Source: Felis catus
Taxonomy: Eukaryota
Reading direction: 5' to 3'
Length of the DNA: 64,000 bases
Assembly (NCBI RefSeq): GCF_018350175.1
Contig: NC_058383.1
Span: 19,098,001 to 19,162,000, forward strand
A program made the translations under genes and the position numbers. The number at the start of each line of letters is the position of its first letter. The first letter of the stretch is position 1. Under the pieces are notes generated by a model that was not told the DNA's origin, searched no databases, and saw only the letters and a program-made list of their open reading frames with translations. This document shows positions 59,711-64,000 of the stretch, piece by piece.

Positions 59711-62046
59711 AGGGAGGTCCATGTTACAGACCCTGGGTGACCCGTTTGGGTTCGGAAACTTGGATCCTGACTCAAGAGTCTGTGGTCTCCCCTGACCCCC
59801 CTGGGCTGAGCTGCCCAGTCGTCCCTGCTCATGTTTCCCAGCGAGCTGGGATTTCTGGCAGCCACCAGCGGGCAGTTTTTTGGTGAAACATTCTCCAAGG
59901 CTTGTAGGTTTCATTTGTTTCATATTTCAGGGACGTGTAACAATGTGGTGGCTCCACGGCCACAATCCCGAGTCTTGCCTGAGTCATTTCTCCCTTCAGT
60001 TTCTATAATAGTCTCTTGTTGGTTCCCCGAACCTCTCTGTTCTGCGTCTGAAATCGATTTACAATTCTGCTGCTCACTTAATTTATTTAGTGCATTTCAT
60101 TGATTTATGTCATAGAACTGAAACGTGCATAGATCAGAACATGCTGGGCAGGGAAGGAAGGGGACAAACCAACAGTCACAGCTGCCCGGGATCTGACATC
60201 GGAGCTTCACGCAGGTCAGCCTGCTGGCTGCAGCCCCAGCACGCCGGGTGGCCGGCGCATCCCGGGCCTGTGCGTTAATCCCGGGTGATCTTTTCCCTCT
60301 GTTTGCCTAGGGAGCTCTCTGTCAACCGTCACGAGCCAGCCCAAAGGTCCCGCCTCTGCAGAGTCCTCCCCTGCCCCCAGAGTGCCTCAATTACTTCTGC
60401 TCCCTGCTTCCAAATTCCCGGGTCCCTATCTGTGGCCCCGGGGCCTGGCAAAAGGAGAGGTCGGATGCTTTCATCCCATGACGCGGAGACTTCGGGACAC
60501 AAAGAGACAGGGGACCAGCCCCGATGGTTGACACGTCCATTGTTCCCTCTCACCTGCCATTCCCAGACAATATTGAGATCATTCTTGCAGCCCTTTGGCT
60601 GAGGTGGGGACTCATCAATCATCTGAATGGCCCTGGTCACCTGTGGAGCCAGCAGAGCCCTGGAATCCTAAAGGGAGAGATTCTCTCCTGGCCATTCTCG
60701 ATAAACTCGTAACACAGGCCGCCTCACTGGGTGCCGTTCTCGGAGGCAGGGCAGGCCGCAGCCTTGTGTTCGGGGACGGGCCACATTGACCTCGTCCCCC
60801 TTGCCGCAGGCCGGTGGTCGGTATCCTCCGGTGCCAGGCTGTGTGCCAGGATCCCGGGCGGTGGGAAGGGAGGGTCACCCGCAGCCCCTGCCGGTGCGGA
60901 GCCTTCTAGTGGGGGACCGACGAGGAGGAGACTCACATCTGCGGACCCGGGGGCCCAGAGGGCTGTGGAAGGGGCTCATGACAGTCTGGGTAGGCCGTGT
61001 GGGAGGGGTGCCAGGCAGGGAGGGTCCCGAAGGACGAACGACTGGTGCATAAGGGGCCCCAGGGGCTGTCATTCCTGGAACAAGAGTCCCATGAGGCAGA
61101 TGCACAACGCACGGTTACTGGAGGGATGAAAGGAAGAAGGAAGGTGGAGCCCAGAGAGGTTAAATGCCTTGCTCGAGGTCACACAGCACATTTAGGTTAG
61201 AGTCAGGCTCACCCCCCCACCCCCCCAGGCTTCTGAGGTCTTTTCAGCAGCAGCAGCCTGCCCACCCCGCCACCCCACCCACCCATTCTCATCCATCCCG
61301 TCCCTCCCACCACCCGCCGGTGTCATTTTCTCCAGCGCCACAAATGGTCCTCTCGCCTCCCTCGTTCTCAAGTGGCGGATCTGTCACTTTCTGTCCTGAA
61401 ATTCTGGATTCCTCTAATTACGCGCTCTTATTAAAGGTGATTACATCCCGACGGCTGGTGGAGGACTGCTTCTGGAGATCACAACATCGAGTAATTGCTT
61501 CCGTTGCTCCCATTCCAATTATTCAAGATTATCTTTCTAGGTAATTGGGTGTCTGGGTAGTCGTGCCTGCTCACTCTCTCAGAGAGCGTCGTATTAACCC
61601 CAAACGGTGACCAGCTTTCGTGTTTCGTAATTGGAAACAGTTTCTCCATGGTGAGAAGACCCTCTTAAGTGTAAACAGTGGTAATTTAAATTTCTAAATG
61701 ACTCCGTGTCTTATCATACTTTGGTGTGAGAAATTAGCCTGGACGCTTCAATCCAGCCTTTTGCCTGTCTGAGCAGAGGTTTTCAGCAGGGCGGGGGCGG
61801 GGGGGGGGGCGGGAAAGGGGATAGGGTTTGCTGAGCTGCACGGGGCCTGCAGAATTTGAAGGATGCTGGCTCCTTTCCAGAACCCAGAAAAGTCTTTGCA
61901 TGGGCTGGTTCTTCCTGGACCCCTCCTCGGAATGGAATTTGCAACAAGGCCCTTCGATTTAGCCCGGGTCTTGCGTCCGCAAAGCGTTTTTTCACTTTAG
62001 ACCCACGATGATTCCTTCAAATGAGGTTAGACATACAGCTACAAAT

Positions 62047-62176
62047 CAGGTTCACCACGTTCAGTTGTGCAGGTTACTCACCGCGCGAGTCTAGGAGTCA
62101 CGGTTCGTACCGGAGTCTACGCGAATGGCGTGGGGTTGGGCAGTACACATCCCGTACGGTTGTACGTAGGGGCCAG
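62047..62176. mobile_element. MER91-like hAT MITE
   Basis: CAGGTTCACCACGTTCAGTTGTGCAGGTT start similar to the copies at 14.9 and 34.3 kb. Confidence 0.5.
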
Positions 62177-62484
62177 GGATACATAGGCCAGGTTAAAGGA
62201 AAACATTGAACATACAATTTATACCTACACCTCAACACGGAACCACTCTGCCTAGTATGAGCTGGGGATTTGTGACTCTGTTTTGTCGGGTTTCCTTGTT
62301 TTCATCGATATTACTTCATTGGTATAATTTAGGCACAGTAATTCTTAATAAGTTTTCTAACAACGGGTGCAGCATTTTCATTTTTCCCTGCCTTCCAATT
62401 TGGGCTGTGTACTCCCCCCCCCCAAAAAAAAAATTATTAGTCACTATTTCTTTTTACACTGATTCATTTAGAAAGCCTACTTTT

Positions 62485-62722
62485 TATTTATTTATTTATT
62501 TTAATTTTTATTTATTTATTTTTTTTATTTTTTTTTTGGGACAGAGAGAGACAGAGCATGAACGGGGGAGGGGCAGAGAGAGAGGGAGACACAGAATCGG
62601 AAACAGGCTCCAGGCTCCGAGCCATCAGCCCAGAGCCCGACGCGGGGCTCGAACTCACGGATCGCAAGATCGTGACCTGGCTGAAGTCGGACGCTCAACC
62701 GACTGCGCCACCCAGGCGCCCC
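62485..62722 (-). mobile_element. Young felid SINE (SINEC_Fc-type)
   Basis: Nearly identical to the copy at 29759-29995; TSD GAAAGCCT(A/C)CTTTT. Confidence 0.97.
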
Positions 62723-63081
62723 GAAAGCCTCCTTTTTAAAGCTTCGTCCCGAGTAATGGTATCTGTCAACTCACAGTTTAGTGTGAGTGTTTATTCTTTC
62801 CAAGATGCTTCAGAGAAAATAATAATAATACCCCCCTCGCCCATTTTTTTCCGTTTTGCCAACATGCCAGACCCAGCGGCGCCCCCAGCGGCTTGATGTG
62901 GTGTGGGTTGCTGGTACACCGAGTCATGGGTGGGGAAACTGAGGCCCAGAGAGATTAAGTCATCTTACCCAAGACCATATGGGTCGGCAGGGCGGGGTGG
63001 GAACCCGGGCCCGCGGGCCGCAGTCCTTGAGTGGCACCGTTCCACTTACTGTCTCAAGATGAGGTATTAAAATAGAAAAGA

Positions 63082-63293
63082 GGGACCCCTGGGCATCTCA
63101 GCTGGTTGAGAGTCCAACTCTTGATTTCGGCTCGCGTCATGAGCTCACGGTTTGTGAGTTCGCGCCCCACGCCTGGCTGTGCGCTGACCGCGTAGACCCT
63201 GCCTGGGATTCTCTCTCTCCCCCCTCTCTGCCCCTCCCCTGCTTGTGCTCTCCCCCTCCCCCCCCCACAATAAATAAATAAACATTAACAAAT
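63082..63293 (+). mobile_element. Can-SINE, diverged
   Basis: TSD TAAAATA(G/T)AAAAG; head, CT segment and AATAAA tail. Confidence 0.9.
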
Positions 63294-63689
63294 AAAATAT
63301 AAAAGGATCTGCAAACGAGTCGGGACTGGGAAGGACTGAGGTCTTAATGAAAGAGAAGGACAAGTTACGTGTTGGCCAGACGGGGGCCGGGGAGGAAGAA
63401 AGAGCCATCACACCGCGTGGGAACGTCACTCGTGATCCCCCAGGGCGCTCGCACCGCATGCACCTTCCTCTGCGTCCTTGGTGTAGCACCTCCTGTTCCA
63501 AGAAGGGAGCCCAAGCCTCAACGCACACACCGTCCAGGTCGGAAGGGCCCAGGGAGTTGATCTCACCTGCTCCATTTTGCAGATGAGGAAACTGAGGCCC
63601 CAAGGGAAAAGCTCTCCGTGGCTGCCATGGACTGAGTATAGTGAGTGTACCAACTGAGTACTCTTGAGAAATGGGGCCAGCCCTGGCGA

Positions 63690-63900
63690 CGCAGTGAGCA
63701 CGTATTGAGCGCCTGCTGCATACCGGTCCCTTCCAGGCATGTCGTACGGTTTGATCCTCTCATCGGCTTGCAAAGTAGGTATTTTTACTATCACCACCCC
63801 CCATTTCGGGACAGAAAGCTGAGGCTCCGACAGGTTAAGAAACTCGCTTCCGGTCCCGGTGCTGGCAGAGCTGGGATTTAAACACAGAGCTCCCGAGGGC
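63690..63900 (-). mobile_element. MIR SINE
   Basis: CCCATTTCGGGACAGAAAGCTGAGGCTCCGACAGGTTAAG...GCAGAGCTGGGATTTAAAC. Confidence 0.72.
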
Positions 63901-64000
63901 AGTGCTCATGCAGAGCGTGGGCCCTGGATTCAAATCCTGACTCTCCCTCACTGGCTGGGGGCCTCGGGCATGCCACTCAGCCTCTTGGTGGCTCACTTTC

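Noticed and set aside
62876..62894. CTCF-like GCGCCCCCAGCGGCT
   Set aside because: One base short of the core spacing; poor match

Overview
Non-coding mammalian genomic DNA, almost certainly from a felid: it holds more than 20 tRNA-derived Can-SINEs, two of them near-intact young SINEC_Fc-type copies. It reads as a GC-rich intron or gene desert. I can support no protein-coding exon, structural RNA gene or host gene. The ORF track is explained by chance ORFs, SINE/simple-repeat translations and two decayed LINE-1 ORF2 pieces (37.0-38.0 kb minus; 46.0-48.4 kb plus). Much of the window is interspersed repeats (Can-SINE, MIR, L2, L1, MLT1-type LTRs, MER20/MER5/MER91-like DNA transposons), separated by short non-repetitive blocks with clustered developmental TF motifs that are candidate enhancers. 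The most unusual structures are three. (1) A ~3.5 kb non-B-DNA block at 53.3-56.6 kb: a C60 run, a 1.7 kb purine-pyrimidine minisatellite with higher-order periodicity and ~30 CACGTG E-boxes, a CpG-rich TATA/E2F-motif spacer, and a second RY block. (2) An inverted DNA-level duplication of a SINE 3' half plus its TSD and flank (29.4-30.9 kb). (3) One target site reused by a SINE and an L1, leaving three TSD copies. I found no convincing new protein-coding system. Repeat family names come from recalled consensus motifs, not a database run, and old-repeat boundaries are approximate.
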